Source: Euprymna scolopes
Taxonomy: Eukaryota
Length of the DNA stretch: 64,000 nucleotides
Assembly: GCA_053919585.1 (NCBI GenBank)
Contig: CM132786.1
Strand: one strand, 5' to 3'
This document shows positions 62,516 through 64,000 of the stretch, one piece after another (position 1 is the stretch's first letter; each line of letters opens with the position of its first letter). The notes under the pieces were generated by a model. The model saw nothing but the letters and a program-made list of their open reading frames with translations, did no database searches and was not told the origin of the DNA. A program made the position numbers and the translations under genes.

Positions 62516-63376
62516 CCACTGTCGTAGGAACTATCAGGTTTGTATTTGCAAAATAAATTGAAAAAACTCAAGTATATAAAACTCAAAAGTAGAAAAAAAA
62601 ACTCAAATATAAAAGTACTATATAAGTTAATTCATATGGGTTGCTAATCATTTAAAAAGGCCTCGGTGTTATAGTTCAATAAATTAGAATAATATATATA
62701 TATATATATAGGAGAACATTGGCTACAAAGCAAGTATAAATATTTCACTTAGTACTTTCGAAAAGATAGCAATATATAAGAATTAAATCGGCAGAGAGCA
62801 TAAAAGTGCAGATATATAAATAGATGCATACTTATAGAAACCAAATATAAAATAAAATAATGGAATATGGATTTATTCGTAAGCATTTAAGATTTAAATA
62901 ATTAAACCTTATTCGCTTATACTAAATAAATAATACATGAGCTACCCCTTCAATAAATATAAGAATGAATTAAAGAAAAAAAAACCTTTGTGAGTTACTC
63001 CCCTTAGATACATCAGAAATAGCTGATCCGGCCCGAAAGTCATGAAAATTGAGGACCAGATAGAACATAATAAATTTAACAGATCATTAAACAAAAAATA
63101 TATTAATTAAATAATAAGTAATTGATAAATCGATATTGAAATAATATATATATATATAAATAGGTAGAAACAAACTATAAATAAATAAACAATAAACATT
63201 ATTAAAAATATAAATATGCGCTCTTTTTTTCCAAACAGAAAACAAAGGCTGACGAGAGTCTAATACTATTTATTATTAACTGTTTCCTCTTATATTGGCC
63301 TTTAACTAACGACACCGATGTTTTTTTCTGACACACTGCATAGTTTTTAAACACACACACACACACACACACACAC

Positions 63377-63424
<48 letters not shown>

Positions 63425-63483
63425 AATACCACAGCCAAACAACGTCGCAGCCCACAAGAGCCATGAGCGTCAACGAACCGGAA

Positions 63484-63528
63484 GTCCAAGACTCGAGTTT
63501 CGCCCTTATTTGGGCTCATCAGTTAGAC
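63484..63528 (-). ncRNA. Complete-core type I hammerhead ribozyme, family F
   Basis: GUCUAA-CUGAUGA-GCCC-AAAUAA-GGGC-GAA-ACUCGAGU-C-UUGGAC: all core positions canonical, GUC triplet, palindromic stem III. Confidence 0.92.
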
Positions 63529-63541
63529 ACATCTGAACTCA

Positions 63542-63553
63542 GGATTCGAAACC
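63542..63553 (-). promoter_or_regulatory. Pol III B-box-like motif just upstream of the hammerhead
   Basis: Minus strand ggtttcgaatcc vs consensus GGTTCGANNCC; no A box retained. Confidence 0.5.
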
Positions 63554-63595
63554 CGAGCCTGTGGAATTTATTATATACTATCTCTTACATTCTGA

Positions 63596-63673
<78 letters not shown>

Positions 63674-64000
63674 GAAAATGTGACTATTGTTTCACCTATG
63701 AACCTCAGGTTGAATTGTTTAAGTAAGGCAAAATTTGTTTGCAAAGCCGGTAAAATGGAATTTCCGCTCGCTATATATCTCTATTTCGCTCTATTCTTCT
63801 CTATTTTCCTGTCCAAATACGAGATAAATAATATGTTTTTATCCATAATGAATTGTTCCCATTGTTTTAATTCTACTCTTTCATCGAATCTTCGACCTTT
63901 AAGAAACCAAGACAAAGAGGAGCAAACCACAAAAGAATGGACGAAAGAGTATAGCAAATAAGCCAGGTGTACAAACAAAAGACATTAAGAGTAAAAGTGG

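Overview
AT-rich, repeat-saturated eukaryotic (invertebrate metazoan, plausibly arthropod; inferred) draft-assembly window with six N gaps and no recognisable host protein-coding gene. It is a patchwork of transposable-element relics. These include two CR1/L2-group LINE families (many 5'-truncated copies, one nested in the other), three or more Penelope-like elements (one young, with an open RT + GIY-YIG frame and a 265-bp perfect inverted pLTR), mariner/Tc1 and probable Chapaev-type DNA transposon remnants, Helitron/Helentron-type non-autonomous elements, a Gypsy gag relic and fold-back MITEs. Also present are tRNA-Cys-like and tRNA-His copies, 5S-derived sequences, a ~4.3-kb 20-bp satellite and many (AT)n microsatellites. 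The main signal the ORF track misses is a high density of type I hammerhead ribozyme motifs from about six sequence-unrelated repeat families. Two look structurally complete (10241-10308 + and 63484-63528 -, the latter behind a Pol III B-box). Many sit at (AT)n tracts or assembly gaps, and several occur as outward-facing inverted pairs, including a ~270-bp non-coding fold-back element with a ribozyme motif in each arm. All folds were derived by hand; no activity has been shown.
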